Below are positions 1-9,683 of a stretch of DNA of 64,000 bases, piece after piece. The DNA comes from Parcubacteria group bacterium Gr01-1014_30 (lineage in GTDB: Bacteria > Patescibacteriota > Minisyncoccia > Minisyncoccales > 2-12-FULL-40-12), in the NCBI GenBank assembly GCA_007376185.1, contig VMFS01000002.1, forward strand, positions 2,198 to 66,197, read 5' to 3'. The notes under the pieces were generated by a model, which ran no database searches, was not told where the DNA came from, and saw nothing but the letters and a program-made list of their open reading frames with translations. Each line of letters opens with the position of its first letter. Within the stretch, counting starts at the first letter, position 1. The position numbers and the translations under genes were made by a program.

Positions 1-235
1 CGTTGAACTTAACCCTCACAACTATACTAACATGAATTTTATCTCTTTTCAATTTGTAGCCGCCGATTTTTTCAAAAAAGAAAGCCGAGGCCCGCGCGGA
101 TTCCTCCCCAGACCCCTCCTCCGCGCGGGCGAGTCCGTCGCCCCGCCTCCATATCCGGGCAATTGGTTGAGATCTTTTGCTTGGAGTGATACAATTGGCG
201 AAAGGTCGCGTTTTATAATCTTGAATCATTTTGCC

Positions 236-700
236 ATGAATAAAACTCTTCTTTGGGTAATTATTATTGTCGCTGTTATTGTTGGTTTGTGGTTTGTTTT
301 TTGGAACAAGGGAACGAAGCCCGAACCCGTGATTCCGGAACTTGAGGTTGAACAACCGCAGGTAGGCAGAGAGATAATTGTCCAGCTTTCAGAGCAGAAC
401 AATTCCGGCGTGTCAGGATTTGCTTACATCCAGGAAGTAGAAGACGACTTGGTCGTGGCTTTGGCATTGTCAGGCGCGCCGGAAAATGTTGCCCAGCCCG
501 CGCACATACACCGCAACAACTGTGAAGACATAGGAGGGGTTTTGCACCCTTTGGAATTTCCGGTAAACAACTATTCTTCAACAAATCTTTCTTTGACAAT
601 GGATGAACTGCTTTCGCAGGCGCCAATATCCATAAACGTGCATAAATCGGCCGATGAAGCGCAGGTTTACGTTGCCTGCGGAAACATTGAGGTTGAGTAG
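236..700 (+). CDS. membrane-anchored exported hypothetical protein (possible CHRD-like domain)
   Basis: Part of ORF 32..700. The ATG at 236 gives an N-terminal TM helix (LLWVIIIVAVIVGLWFVFW) and lies 18 nt after a TATAAT box at 213-218. His-rich motifs AHIHRNNCEDIGG and INVHKS are present. The 68 upstream codons cross a GC-rich hairpin and are probably not coding. Confidence 0.55.
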   Translation: MNKTLLWVIIIVAVIVGLWFVFWNKGTKPEPVIPELEVEQPQVGREIIVQLSEQNNSGVSGFAYIQEVEDDLVVALALSGAPENVAQPAHIHRNNCEDIGGVLHPLEFPVNNYSSTNLSLTMDELLSQAPISINVHKSADEAQVYVACGNIEVE

Positions 701-705
701 GTGCG

Positions 706-1410
706 ATGCAAAAAAAGAGAAGAGTGGGGATTTTTGATATTGACGGAACTTTGTTCCGTTCCAGCTTGCTCATAGAACTGACTGACGCTTTGGTTCAGGA
801 AGGAGTTTTTCCGCCAAGAACCGGAAAACTTTATTCAAGGGCCGCCAGAAACTGGCTGGATAGAAGAGGACCTTACGAGGACTACATTGAGGCCGTCGTT
901 TCCACGTTTTTGAGAGAAGTCAAAGGCAAAAAATACGACCGCCTTTTGGGAGTTGCCGAAAAGGTGGCGGCTTTTCACGGTCAAGAAGTTTATCGCTACA
1001 CGAGAGAGCTTGTTAGAAAGCTTAAGAGGGAAAATTATTATCTCTTAGCGATTTCGCATTCTCCTCAGTTCTTGGTGAAGGAGTTTGCCAAAAAGCTCGG
1101 GTTTAACAAAATCTACGGCCACATATACGGGGTTGACAAGGGAAAAAAGTTTACCGGCAAGGTTCTTTATCTTGACTTGGAACTTAAAAAATCCGTTGAC
1201 AAAGCGTCACTTTTGAGGCGGGCGATAAAAAGAGAGGGTTTGACGCTTCAGGATTCCTTTGGAGTGGGGGACACAGAAAGCGACATAGGGTTTTTGAAGC
1301 AGGTTTCAAATCCAATTTGCTTCAATCCCAACAAAAAACTTTATAAATATGCCAAACGGCTGGGTTGGAAAATAGTCGTGGAAAGGAAAGACGTAATTTA
1401 TCATTTGTAA
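706..1410 (+). CDS. HAD-superfamily hydrolase, subfamily IB (phosphoserine phosphatase-like)
   Basis: Motif I FDIDGTLF (DxDxT) and motif IV GVGDTESD. 234 aa. Confidence 0.8.
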   Translation: MQKKRRVGIFDIDGTLFRSSLLIELTDALVQEGVFPPRTGKLYSRAARNWLDRRGPYEDYIEAVVSTFLREVKGKKYDRLLGVAEKVAAFHGQEVYRYTRELVRKLKRENYYLLAISHSPQFLVKEFAKKLGFNKIYGHIYGVDKGKKFTGKVLYLDLELKKSVDKASLLRRAIKREGLTLQDSFGVGDTESDIGFLKQVSNPICFNPNKKLYKYAKRLGWKIVVERKDVIYHL

Positions 1411-1413
1411 ATC

Positions 1414-2685
1414 GTGCAAAGCGAATCAGAAAAAAAAGACAAAAAAAACGTAATCTGGCTCGGGGTTACTTCTTTTTTCACCGACGTGAGTTCAGAAATG
1501 ATTTTTGCGGTTTTACCGATTTTCTTAAAAAGTGTTTTGGGAGCTCCTTTTGCCGTTATCGGTCTTATTGAAGGGGTGGCAGAAGGCGTCAGCTCCTTTT
1601 TGAAATATTTTTCGGGTAGATTATCAGACGCGCTTAAAAAGCGCAAACCTTTGGCTTTTGCAGGCTACAGCTTCTCAACTCTTTCAAAACTCTTTTTAAT
1701 AATAGCTAATTCCTGGCCAGTTGTTTTGCTTTTGCGGATTTTGGACAGGGTTGGCAAAGGCGTGCGCACCTCTCCCAGAGACGCTCTTATTTCAGAGTCG
1801 GTCTCTGAGTCAGAGCGCGGCAAGTATTTCGGCCTTCACAGGGCGATGGATTCAGCCGGCGCTTTTTTGGGCGTTGCTGTGGTTCTTTTTATTTTTTGGT
1901 TTGCTTTCCGCCGATTTTCCGTTCCCGAAGAACAGGTAGCTCCAATCATACGAAACGTGTTTTTACTGGCGTTCATACCCGCATTTTTGGCGCTGATTCC
2001 ATTTTTCTTCATCAAGGATGTTATCAAAAAAGAAGAAGGCGGAAGAGAAAAAGCCAGACAGTCCAAAGCAGACCTCTTTGACTTTAAGGGTTTTTCTCCC
2101 TCGTTTTACAAAGGCGTGGCCGTGCTGGCCTTTTTGGCTTTTGGCAATATCAGCTACGCTTTTTTCATTTTGAAAAGCCAAGCCGTGGGTGTTGAAATAT
2201 TTTTGCTGCCGGCTCTCTATCTGGTTTACAATTTTTTTTATGCCCTGTTTTCTTACCCCGCCGGCAGATTTTCAGACCGCCTTGGCCGGGTGAATGTGCT
2301 GACCTTCGGTTTCTTAACTCTGGCCGCGGTTTTATTTGCTTTCGGCCTTTCGCAATCCGGAGTACTGATGTGGGGCTTTTTCGCGCTTTACGGGTTTTCG
2401 CTCGCTATTGTAGATTCTGTTGCCAGGGCTTTTGTTGCTGACATTGCGGATCCTGTTCGCAAAGGGGAATCTTTCGGCTTATACCATATGACAGCTGGTA
2501 TAATGAGTGTTTTAGGTAATTTGGTTTTTGGTTTCCTGTGGGACAGAACCGATTCAACCTTACCTTTCGTGATAGCCGGCGTTTTGGTTACTTTATCGGC
2601 CATCTTGCTGATTATACTTTTCAGGGGCCACGAGGCAACGCCGCAAAAGGTAGGCATTGAAAATTTCCGAGCGTATAGACCATGA
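1414..2685 (+). CDS. MFS transporter
   Basis: GTG start. About 12 hydrophobic segments. MFS loop signatures FSGRLSDALKKRK and PAGRFSDRLGR. Confidence 0.8.
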   Translation: MQSESEKKDKKNVIWLGVTSFFTDVSSEMIFAVLPIFLKSVLGAPFAVIGLIEGVAEGVSSFLKYFSGRLSDALKKRKPLAFAGYSFSTLSKLFLIIANSWPVVLLLRILDRVGKGVRTSPRDALISESVSESERGKYFGLHRAMDSAGAFLGVAVVLFIFWFAFRRFSVPEEQVAPIIRNVFLLAFIPAFLALIPFFFIKDVIKKEEGGREKARQSKADLFDFKGFSPSFYKGVAVLAFLAFGNISYAFFILKSQAVGVEIFLLPALYLVYNFFYALFSYPAGRFSDRLGRVNVLTFGFLTLAAVLFAFGLSQSGVLMWGFFALYGFSLAIVDSVARAFVADIADPVRKGESFGLYHMTAGIMSVLGNLVFGFLWDRTDSTLPFVIAGVLVTLSAILLIILFRGHEATPQKVGIENFRAYRP

Positions 2686-2711
2686 GGCCTTCTTTGTGGT
2701 AGAGTAGGGTA

Positions 2712-3401
2712 ATGGATAGTAAAAAGCCTATTCAACTTTCTCCCAATTCGCTTAACTTGTTTTTGGAATGCCCGAGCTGTTTTTGGCTGGAAAAACGGCT
2801 GGGAATTAAAAGGCCGCCGCCTTATCCATACGCTTTGAACACGGCAGTTGACATCCTTTTGAAGCAAGAATTTGACGAGTATCGCCAGAGACAAGAGCCC
2901 CACCCTTTATTGCTGGAAAACGACATTCCTGCCCTGCTTTTTCCCAACCAGAACCTTCTTAATCAATGGCGTAGCAACTTGAACGGCATTAGGTACTACG
3001 ACCAGAAGGCGGGAGCCACTCTTTTTGGCGCGGTTGACGACGTTTTGCAGTTTGAAGGCGGAAAGCTGGCGCCCCTTGATTACAAATCAACCGGCTCAGC
3101 CGTTGCCAAGGTTTACGACCGCTTCCAGCTGCAAATGGATATTTACACTTATCTCATCGAAAAAAACGGGTTTGCCACGCTAAGAAAAGGGTATCTCGCT
3201 TTTTATATAGTTAACAAAAGCGATGGTTTTGTAGACCGCCTCCCGTTCAAAAAAGAACTTCACGAGATTGAAACAAACCCCGACGACGTTCCCGCGCTTT
3301 TTTACGACGCAGTTTCTTTGCTACGCAACCAAACCCCTCCTCTGCATAATTCTGACTGCAAGTTCGGGCAGTGGTTTAAGGAAGCTTCAAAAATCTCTTG
3401 A
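2712..3401 (+). CDS. PD-(D/E)XK nuclease family protein (RecB/Cas4-like fold)
   Basis: GAVDD, LDYKS (D/E-x-K) and QLQMDIYTY (QxxxY) motifs. N-terminal CPSC plus one C-terminal Cys. Confidence 0.55.
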   Translation: MDSKKPIQLSPNSLNLFLECPSCFWLEKRLGIKRPPPYPYALNTAVDILLKQEFDEYRQRQEPHPLLLENDIPALLFPNQNLLNQWRSNLNGIRYYDQKAGATLFGAVDDVLQFEGGKLAPLDYKSTGSAVAKVYDRFQLQMDIYTYLIEKNGFATLRKGYLAFYIVNKSDGFVDRLPFKKELHEIETNPDDVPALFYDAVSLLRNQTPPLHNSDCKFGQWFKEASKIS

Positions 3402-3402
3402 T

Positions 3403-4167
3403 ATGGAAAAGTTTCTAGAAAGCTTGGTTAAAAAAGCCGGTTTTTATCTTTTGGACAATTTCAAGAAAGATAAAAGTTTACTGAGCTCAAGGGCAACATC
3501 AAAGGAAATTGTCACAAAATACGACAGAGTTGCCGACGAGCTAATCCGGCGCGAGATAGAGAAAAAGTATCCAGAACACAGCATTCTTGGAGAAGAAAGC
3601 GGTTTTAGGAAAAAAAGCGACGAATGGTTGTGGATTGTTGACAGTTTGGACGGCACCGGAAACTTTGCCAACTTCAATCCTTTGTTTTGCGTTTGCGCGG
3701 CGCTTATGAAACAAGATCAATTGCAACTCGGGGCTGTTTTCGCTCCGGCAATCGACGAGTTTTACTTTGCTAAAAGAGGCGGCGGCGCCTATTTTAACGG
3801 AAAGCGAATTAAGGTGTCCGGCGTTTCAAAATTGAGCCAAAGCTACGCTTTTTACTGCGAAGGCAGGGAAAAAAGCAGGCGCAGGATTGCCCGCGTCCTG
3901 CAAAAACTTCACCCTAAAGTTAAAGACATCAGAAAAATCGGCTGCGCCGGCCTGGAAACCTCTTGGGTGGCTTCGGGCAGGGGAGAGATTTACTGGACTC
4001 CTAAGCTGGACCCGTGGGACTTGGCTCCCGGAGTGCTGTTGGTTCAGGAAGCCGGAGGCAAGGTTACCGACCTCAGAGAAAGGCCTTGGCACTTGGGACT
4101 CGACGATTTTTTGTTTACGAACGGAAAACTGCACAAAACTTCCTTGAGAGTTATTCTATCCTCTTGA
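3403..4167 (+). CDS. inositol monophosphatase family protein
   Basis: Internal ATG of ORF 3268..4167, placed just after the upstream stop. Motifs GEESG, WIVDSLDGTGNF and WDLAPG. Confidence 0.8.
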   Translation: MEKFLESLVKKAGFYLLDNFKKDKSLLSSRATSKEIVTKYDRVADELIRREIEKKYPEHSILGEESGFRKKSDEWLWIVDSLDGTGNFANFNPLFCVCAALMKQDQLQLGAVFAPAIDEFYFAKRGGGAYFNGKRIKVSGVSKLSQSYAFYCEGREKSRRRIARVLQKLHPKVKDIRKIGCAGLETSWVASGRGEIYWTPKLDPWDLAPGVLLVQEAGGKVTDLRERPWHLGLDDFLFTNGKLHKTSLRVILSS

Positions 4168-4714
4168 CGTACTCTCCGGTTTCGGTGTTAATCTCAATCA
4201 CATCCTCAACCTCAACAAAAAGAGGAGTCGCTACTTTGGCTCCGGTTTCCAGGACAACCTGTTTTGTGCCCGAGACCGCCCTGCCTCCTTTTTCTCCCGG
4301 AGGAGCTTCAAGAACTTTTAACTGAACTTTGACGGGCAAAGAAACGCTGGCCACTTTTTGATTAAAAGTTATTGCGTCCAGTATCTGTCCCGGTTTCAAG
4401 AACCTGCTTTGTTCTCCAACTTGGCTTTCTGTCAACTCAAAACGCTGGGAAGGATTTTCCTCTTTGCCGAAAATAAACTTATCTCTGTGAGAGTATATAA
4501 ACTTTGCCTTGAACTTTATGAGTTCTGCTTCCTCAAAAACGTCGCCCTGGTGAAAATTTCTGGCCAAAACATTACCCGTGAGCAAGTTCCTCACGCGGCT
4601 TTGAATCACCACCCTCCTTTGAGCTTTTTTCAATGGGGCGGTCTCCAAAACCTCGTATGGCTCGCTGTCCAAGATAATTTGCAAGCCTTTTTTTAAGTCG
4701 CTGTGCGTTAACAT
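4151..4714 (-). CDS. efp: translation elongation factor P
   Basis: Aligns by eye along its whole length to E. coli EF-P (DSEPYEV...NLLTG...GEYVKRIE). Start taken at MLTHSDLKKG. The ORF could extend to 4735. Confidence 0.85.
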   Translation of the reverse strand: MLTHSDLKKGLQIILDSEPYEVLETAPLKKAQRRVVIQSRVRNLLTGNVLARNFHQGDVFEEAELIKFKAKFIYSHRDKFIFGKEENPSQRFELTESQVGEQSRFLKPGQILDAITFNQKVASVSLPVKVQLKVLEAPPGEKGGRAVSGTKQVVLETGAKVATPLFVEVEDVIEINTETGEYVKRIE

Positions 4715-4716
4715 GA

Positions 4717-5385
4717 TTATTTTACTACGCGCCATTCCACATCGCTTTCTTTACCCGCAAACTCAAGCCAGTCGCCTTCAGGCGAAATGACGTACCACTT
4801 TCTTTTAGTTTCAGACCAAATCATCGGGTCGCCACGGTAGTAAGGTTTTTTAACGATTTCTTTGGGTTTTAGACGATCCAGCTCCAGCCACTTTTTGAAA
4901 ACCGTCTCAATGGCGTAGTCCAGATTTCTGGTTTTAGCCCATTGGGCCACTTTGGTCAAGGCCTTTTCGGCCAGCTCCACGGAGCCCGCCAGTTCCAGCA
5001 GTTGTTTTGCGGGTTTGGTGAAACGCGAGTAAATTATTTTTCTTTTTTTAGCATTTCTTTTGAGTTCCTCAAGCGATACGTCTTTTGTTTTGAAATAGTG
5101 AGTGATAATATGTCTGATGGCCGTTTCTTTTTTTAGTTCGTCCAAATACTTAATTCTGCCTTTTTTCAGGAACTCCTCAATTTTCTTTGCCATGCTCTTG
5201 CCGATTTTTGGAAGTTTCTCTAAACCCTTCAAGCCGCCCTTCTCGTAGATTAAGGGAACATCCTCCTTTAACTCTTCAAGAAACTGCGCAGCTTTTCGGT
5301 AGGCGGCTGGTTTGAAAGGCGTTCCTTTAATATCCAAAAGTTGGGCTATCTCAAAAAACAGTTTGGCAATGTATTTATTGTTCAT
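4717..5385 (-). CDS. helix-hairpin-helix protein resembling the PolX N-terminal 8-kDa/HhH region, with an unknown C-terminal domain
   Basis: N-terminus IAKLFFEIAQLLDIKG..FKPAAYRKAA...LEKLPKIGKSMAKKIEEFL resembles the Pol beta/PolX lyase-HhH region. No polymerase palm motifs. Confidence 0.5.
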   Translation of the reverse strand: MNNKYIAKLFFEIAQLLDIKGTPFKPAAYRKAAQFLEELKEDVPLIYEKGGLKGLEKLPKIGKSMAKKIEEFLKKGRIKYLDELKKETAIRHIITHYFKTKDVSLEELKRNAKKRKIIYSRFTKPAKQLLELAGSVELAEKALTKVAQWAKTRNLDYAIETVFKKWLELDRLKPKEIVKKPYYRGDPMIWSETKRKWYVISPEGDWLEFAGKESDVEWRVVK

Positions 5386-5439
5386 GGATTACCCGATTTA
5401 TTATATTTTAGCTCAAATATGCCGTAAAAACCACTTATG

Positions 5440-6009
5440 TTATCCCTTGTAGACGAACATTTTCTCAAAGTTTGGGTTCTTTGGCCGGCTGACAAGGGTT
5501 CTTTCTGGCTGCCACTTTGGAAGAGGGAAAGAGCTTGTGATGAATAGAGCCCCGGGTTTTAACTCTCTTTCGAGCTTTTCTTCAATCTTCTCCATAAAGT
5601 TGGGAAATAAATAACAGAAGACAACATCAGCTTCGCCCAAGTCGGCTTGGTACAGGTTTTTGTAGATAAGTTCAGCCTCCTTACCTGAAAAAAACAACAA
5701 CGCTTTTGCCAAAAAAAATTGAGTTGGCCAGTTTTCGTAGCCCACAACTTTAGTCGGAGGATATTTTTTCTTGACGGCCGCCAAAACCCTGCCTGAACCC
5801 GAACCCAAATCCACGAAAGTTTTTGGATTCGGTTTATCTTTCTCCAAGATTTCCAGGAGAACATTTATCGCTTTTTTGGAAGCAGGAAGAGCCGGAACTT
5901 TTCTTACCCAAAAGTTAACTAGTTCAGACAGTATGAAAAGCGCCCAAAGAAGCGCGATTAGATTTATAGTGATTGATGCCGCGTTGAGAACTGTAAGCAA
6001 GGTGGTCAT
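5440..6009 (-). CDS. class I SAM-dependent methyltransferase with N-terminal TM helix
   Basis: VDLGSGSGRVL (motif I). Start taken at MTTLLTVLN to avoid overlapping the divergent gene. The ORF extends to 6075. Confidence 0.7.
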   Translation of the reverse strand: MTTLLTVLNAASITINLIALLWALFILSELVNFWVRKVPALPASKKAINVLLEILEKDKPNPKTFVDLGSGSGRVLAAVKKKYPPTKVVGYENWPTQFFLAKALLFFSGKEAELIYKNLYQADLGEADVVFCYLFPNFMEKIEEKLERELKPGALFITSSFPLPKWQPERTLVSRPKNPNFEKMFVYKG

Positions 6010-6049
6010 TGCGAATTGAATTTTAGCACAAATTCGGGTATGGTTGAAT

Positions 6050-6616
6050 ATGAAGCGAAGGGTTTTTGTAGCCATTAACTTGCCAAAAGAGATAAAGGAG
6101 AAACTGGCTTCTTTTCAGTTGAAATGGCCAGAACTCCCTTGCCGCTGGACAAAAAAGGATAACTTGCACGTAACTTTGGCGTTTTTGGGATATTTAACTG
6201 ATGAAGAAACAGCTGAAGTTTGTCAAGAAGCAAAAGAAGTCGGTTTGAGGCACAGCCCTTTTTTTGTTAACTTGCGCAAAATAGTTTACGGGCCCCAAAA
6301 GGCGGCGGTTCGTCTTGTTTGGGCAGAGGGAGCTAAATCAGAAGAGCTGGCGAAATTGCGCGATGATTTGGAAGGCGAGTTGATTGGTCTATCTTCTGAG
6401 CTTGAGTCGGAACGTGGCAGAGGATACATTCCTCATATCACCCTGGGCAGGTTGCGGCGATGGGAGTTCAGAAAAATTGAGCCAGAAGAGAGGCCTGAGA
6501 TAAACGAAGACATCAGCTTGAGTTTTGAGGTCTCGTCAGTTGAAGTGATGGAAAGCAGGTTGAAAAGAGGGGGAGCTGAATATGCCGTTTTGGAAAGCTG
6601 TCAGCTTTCCAAATAA
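6050..6616 (+). CDS. thpR: RNA 2',3'-cyclic phosphodiesterase (2H phosphoesterase, LigT/ThpR)
   Basis: Two H-x-T/S-x motifs (HVTLAFLG and HITLGRL). The ATG at 6050 lies within TTG-initiated ORF 6044..6616. Confidence 0.8.
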   Translation: MKRRVFVAINLPKEIKEKLASFQLKWPELPCRWTKKDNLHVTLAFLGYLTDEETAEVCQEAKEVGLRHSPFFVNLRKIVYGPQKAAVRLVWAEGAKSEELAKLRDDLEGELIGLSSELESERGRGYIPHITLGRLRRWEFRKIEPEERPEINEDISLSFEVSSVEVMESRLKRGGAEYAVLESCQLSK

Positions 6617-6736
6617 AATCCGAAGCACGAAGCACGAAATCCGAAACAAATTCAAATAACCAAATGATAAAAATTCAAAACAACTGTTTAGAATTTTAGA
6701 AATTGGAATTTAGATATTGTTTCGAATTTCGAATTT
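6617..6736 (+). repeat. R-family AT-rich imperfect hairpin repeat, copy R1
   Basis: AAATCCGAAGCACGAAGCACGAAATCCGAAACAAATTC...TTGTTTCGAATTTCGAATTT fills the whole thpR-murC spacer. Related copies lie at 27841-28040 (inverted), 30515-30560, 58942-59134 and 59671-59804. Confidence 0.8.
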
Positions 6737-7987
6737 ATGAACATTCATTTCATCGGCATTGGAGGCATTGGCGTTTCTGCTTTGGCAAGGTACTACTTAC
6801 AAAAGGGCCATAAAATTACCGGCTCCGACTTGGTGTCCTCTGAAATTACCTCTTCTTTAGAGAAAAGCGGGGTAAAAATCAAAATAGGGATTCACAAAAA
6901 AAGAAACGTTCCCGGCAACACCGATTTGGTAATTTACAGCGAGGCGGTGCCTGAAGATAACGCCGAACTTAGAGAGGCAAAGAAGCTGAAAATCAAGCGG
7001 ATGAGCGGAGCAAAAGCACTAGGAGAATTGACTAAAAAATATTTTACAATTGCCGTTGCGGGAACGCACGGAAAGAGCACCACAACGGCCATGCTCGGCC
7101 TTGTTTTGGCGAAAGCCGGCTTTGACCCAACCGTGATTGTCGGCACAAAACTTAAAGAATTCAATGGCTCAAACTGCCGGGTAGGGAAGTCAAAGTATCT
7201 TGTTCTGGAGGCGGATGAGTACGGAGCCAAGTTCTTGAACTACCGGCCGAAAATGATTGTTTTAACCAACATTGACAAAGACCACCTGGATTACTATAAA
7301 ACCTTTGCGAACGTTAAAAGAGCTTTCAAGAAATTTATCGGAAATTTGCCAAAAGACGGAGTTTTCATCACCGAAAAGTCGGTAAAACAAAAAGATATAA
7401 AAAAGCTGAAAGGTTTGCTGAAAGTACCCGGAGAACATAATGCTTACAACGCGGCTTTGGCGTTGATAGCTGCCCGAGCACTGAAAATTCCCGACAAAGT
7501 TTCTCTTGGAGCATTGGCACAATACAAGGGTTCCTGGCGCCGCTTTGAAGAAAGGAATATCAAACTAGACGCTAAAAGCTATACGCTAATTAGTGACTAC
7601 GCTCACCATCCAACCGAGATTAAAGTTACCTTAAAAGCGGCTAGGGGAAAATATCCCAAAAAAAAGATTTGGTGTGTTTTTCAACCGCACCAGTACCAAA
7701 GGACTTATTATTTGTTTGACGATTTTGTCAAGGTTTTTCGTAAAGCGCCAATTGATAAATTGATGATTACCGATATTTACGATGTCGTAGGCAGAGAAGA
7801 AAATGAAATAAAGGCAAAAGTGAGTTCGGCAAAACTGGTTCAAAAGATAGGCCAAAGCCGCGCGCTTTATCTGCCGCAGGCCAAGATAATGGATTATCTA
7901 AAGAAGAACCTCCGCGGCGGCGAGGTTGTCATAGTTATGGGAGCAGGGGATATTTACAAAATCGCTGCGGCCTTGACAAAAGATTAG
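6737..7987 (+). CDS. murC: UDP-N-acetylmuramate--L-alanine ligase
   Basis: IHFIGIGGIGVSALA...GSD N-terminus and the P-loop AVAGTHGKSTTTAM. Confidence 0.9.
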   Translation: MNIHFIGIGGIGVSALARYYLQKGHKITGSDLVSSEITSSLEKSGVKIKIGIHKKRNVPGNTDLVIYSEAVPEDNAELREAKKLKIKRMSGAKALGELTKKYFTIAVAGTHGKSTTTAMLGLVLAKAGFDPTVIVGTKLKEFNGSNCRVGKSKYLVLEADEYGAKFLNYRPKMIVLTNIDKDHLDYYKTFANVKRAFKKFIGNLPKDGVFITEKSVKQKDIKKLKGLLKVPGEHNAYNAALALIAARALKIPDKVSLGALAQYKGSWRRFEERNIKLDAKSYTLISDYAHHPTEIKVTLKAARGKYPKKKIWCVFQPHQYQRTYYLFDDFVKVFRKAPIDKLMITDIYDVVGREENEIKAKVSSAKLVQKIGQSRALYLPQAKIMDYLKKNLRGGEVVIVMGAGDIYKIAAALTKD

Positions 7988-8001
7988 ATAGGATGTATAA
8001 T
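7973..8001 (+). promoter_or_regulatory. consensus sigma70-type promoter for the GC-rich island (TTGACA-17-TATAAT)
   Basis: TTGACA at 7973-7978 (inside the last murC codons), a 17-nt spacer, then TATAAT at 7996-8001. Downstream, the hairpin CTGCCCTAAGTGGGGCAG (8039-8056) abuts the SD AAAGGAGG. Confidence 0.6.
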
Positions 8002-8070
8002 TTGTTCATCTTAGGACATTGACATTTAAATACTGAAACTGCCCTAAGTGGGGCAGAAAGGAGGTCTCAA

Positions 8071-8862
8071 ATGAGACGCCTCGCAATCGTTGTGCTCGTG
8101 TTGGTCTCGGTCGCGACAGCTGTCGCGGCCCAAGAGATTACCGGCGAGTTTGTGGTGACAGGTTACCTCCCTGGAGAGTTTGCTGTGAGGGGAGAGGTTG
8201 AACGTCAACTTAACCAGCTGGTTGCGGAAATTAAAAAGAGATTGGAAAATGGCCAACTGCAAATTAGTGTTATCGGCTCTGCTGATGTTACAGGCAGTTC
8301 GCCAATCAATGACCGGCTTGCCCAGGATAGGGCAGGACAGGTTGCTGCTGTGTTGACTGCCAATTTCCCTGAGGCCAGGATAGTTGCTTGGTCAAGGGGG
8401 GATGCAGAGAATATTCGGCAAGTTAGGGTGGAATACAGGATTATTCCTCCGCAGGAAGAAGCTGAGGGTGTGTCTGTTGCAAAAGAGCCGAGCGCGAGTC
8501 CAAAAGCCATTATGCTTGTTGGAGCAGTAGTTCTACTTGCCGTGGTTTTGGCGATTTTGCTCTCCCGTAACATGCTGTACATGCTGTTGCGCGGTAGAGT
8601 AACAGCCCAGCCAGCCCAAGGACCGCGCTGGGTTGATGTGGAGGTCGGCGGTGTAAGTTATTCAGTGAAGATAGCGGTTTTTGACGGCGTATTTGTTTCT
8701 CCGTTTAGAACTAGAAATGGCTTCACGATTAGCCGCAAAAACTTTAGCGGCATTAAGAGCTCTCTGGCAGGGTGCCTGGAGGGGGAGGAATTTGCGTCTC
8801 AGAAACGGGATTTGATTGCTGAAGGCAAAATTATCGTGAAACAGGCCGTGAAAACGGCCTGA
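8071..8862 (+). CDS. island ORF1: signal peptide, OmpA/MotB-like peptidoglycan-binding domain, TM helix, unknown cytoplasmic tail
   Basis: MRRLAIVVLVLVSVATAVAAQ signal. ISVIGSADVTGSSPINDRLAQDRAGQVAAVL matches the OmpA_C pattern (GxTD..G....N..LS..RA..V). TM helix AIMLVGAVVLLAVVLAILL. SD AAAGGAGG. About 60% GC. Confidence 0.7.
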   Translation: MRRLAIVVLVLVSVATAVAAQEITGEFVVTGYLPGEFAVRGEVERQLNQLVAEIKKRLENGQLQISVIGSADVTGSSPINDRLAQDRAGQVAAVLTANFPEARIVAWSRGDAENIRQVRVEYRIIPPQEEAEGVSVAKEPSASPKAIMLVGAVVLLAVVLAILLSRNMLYMLLRGRVTAQPAQGPRWVDVEVGGVSYSVKIAVFDGVFVSPFRTRNGFTISRKNFSGIKSSLAGCLEGEEFASQKRDLIAEGKIIVKQAVKTA

Positions 8863-8876
8863 AAGGAGATGCGAAA

Positions 8877-9614
8877 ATGCCAAACTGGGAAACTCCTCGG
8901 CCCATAGCCGGGGGACTGTCGACACTCAGGGAGACAGCTAAGAAGCTGCGGCGGTTTTGGCCGCTTCTCGCAGCGCTTGGCGCTGTGTTGGTCTTTATTG
9001 GCGGATTCCTGCTTGGCGGAGCTGGCAAGAGCCAGCTCCGCACGCAATTGAGCAACAGGGATGCATTGCTTGAAGGCGTTGAGGCGGATCGAGATGCCTT
9101 GGCTAAGCAGCTGTCGGCTGCTGAAACCAAGTTAGTCGCGTTATCTACGTTAGCCGCACCAGCTCCGTCGGTCGCGGCACCAGTAGTGCCAGAGGCCGCG
9201 GTTGTGAAGCGAGGTGAAGGCATTGAGCATGTCCTGATTCGCCAGTTGGCCGCAAACCCCAAGAGTTTCGGCTTTGATGGCGATGCCGCGGACGCTTCCG
9301 TGGTGAGGCGGTGGGCCGGTGTTCGGGCTCATCAAATTGCGGTTTTGGCTGGCTACGTTGGTGCCAAGACCGGCAACGAGGTCCGCGTCAGAAGGGCGGA
9401 CAAAGCGGCTTATGTTCTTCAGGTTGACTCTGGCGGCAAGTTGTCTGTCGCCCAGTTTGAAAAGGGCGATGATGGCAACTGGCCGTCGCAGAGCCCGGCT
9501 GCGAGCTCAGGTCTGGTAAAGGTTGCGGCTGTTGATTACCAGTCAGTTACCTTCATTGGAGGAGCCACTTCTGCCGGCTTGCAAAGTTATGAGTACCTCT
9601 TTCAAAGAGCTTAA
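8877..9614 (+). CDS. island ORF2: N-in single-pass membrane protein with coiled coil and unknown C-terminal domain
   Basis: TM helix FWPLLAALGAVLVFIGGFLLGGA. Heptad-like region QLRTQLSNRDALLEGVEADRDALAKQLSAAETKL. Ala/Pro linker. SD AAAGGAG 8 nt upstream. Closely follows ORF1. Confidence 0.65.
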   Translation: MPNWETPRPIAGGLSTLRETAKKLRRFWPLLAALGAVLVFIGGFLLGGAGKSQLRTQLSNRDALLEGVEADRDALAKQLSAAETKLVALSTLAAPAPSVAAPVVPEAAVVKRGEGIEHVLIRQLAANPKSFGFDGDAADASVVRRWAGVRAHQIAVLAGYVGAKTGNEVRVRRADKAAYVLQVDSGGKLSVAQFEKGDDGNWPSQSPAASSGLVKVAAVDYQSVTFIGGATSAGLQSYEYLFQRA

Positions 9615-9683
9615 TTAAAACAAGGATTCCGTCCCTCTGAACAAAACGTTTTTTAAAGTTTTCTAAGACCTAACTCCTTTTTC

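Noticed and set aside
32-235. N-terminal 68-codon extension of ORF 32..700
   Set aside because: The extension crosses a GC-rich inverted repeat (CCCGCGCGG...CCGCGCGGG) and a TATAAT box. The ATG at 236 yields a proper signal anchor, so the upstream part is treated as non-coding.
6617-6736. R-family repeats (here and at 27841-28040 and 58942-59804) as a CRISPR array
   Set aside because: There is no regular repeat-spacer periodicity and no cas genes. The copies are single, dispersed, self-complementary units.
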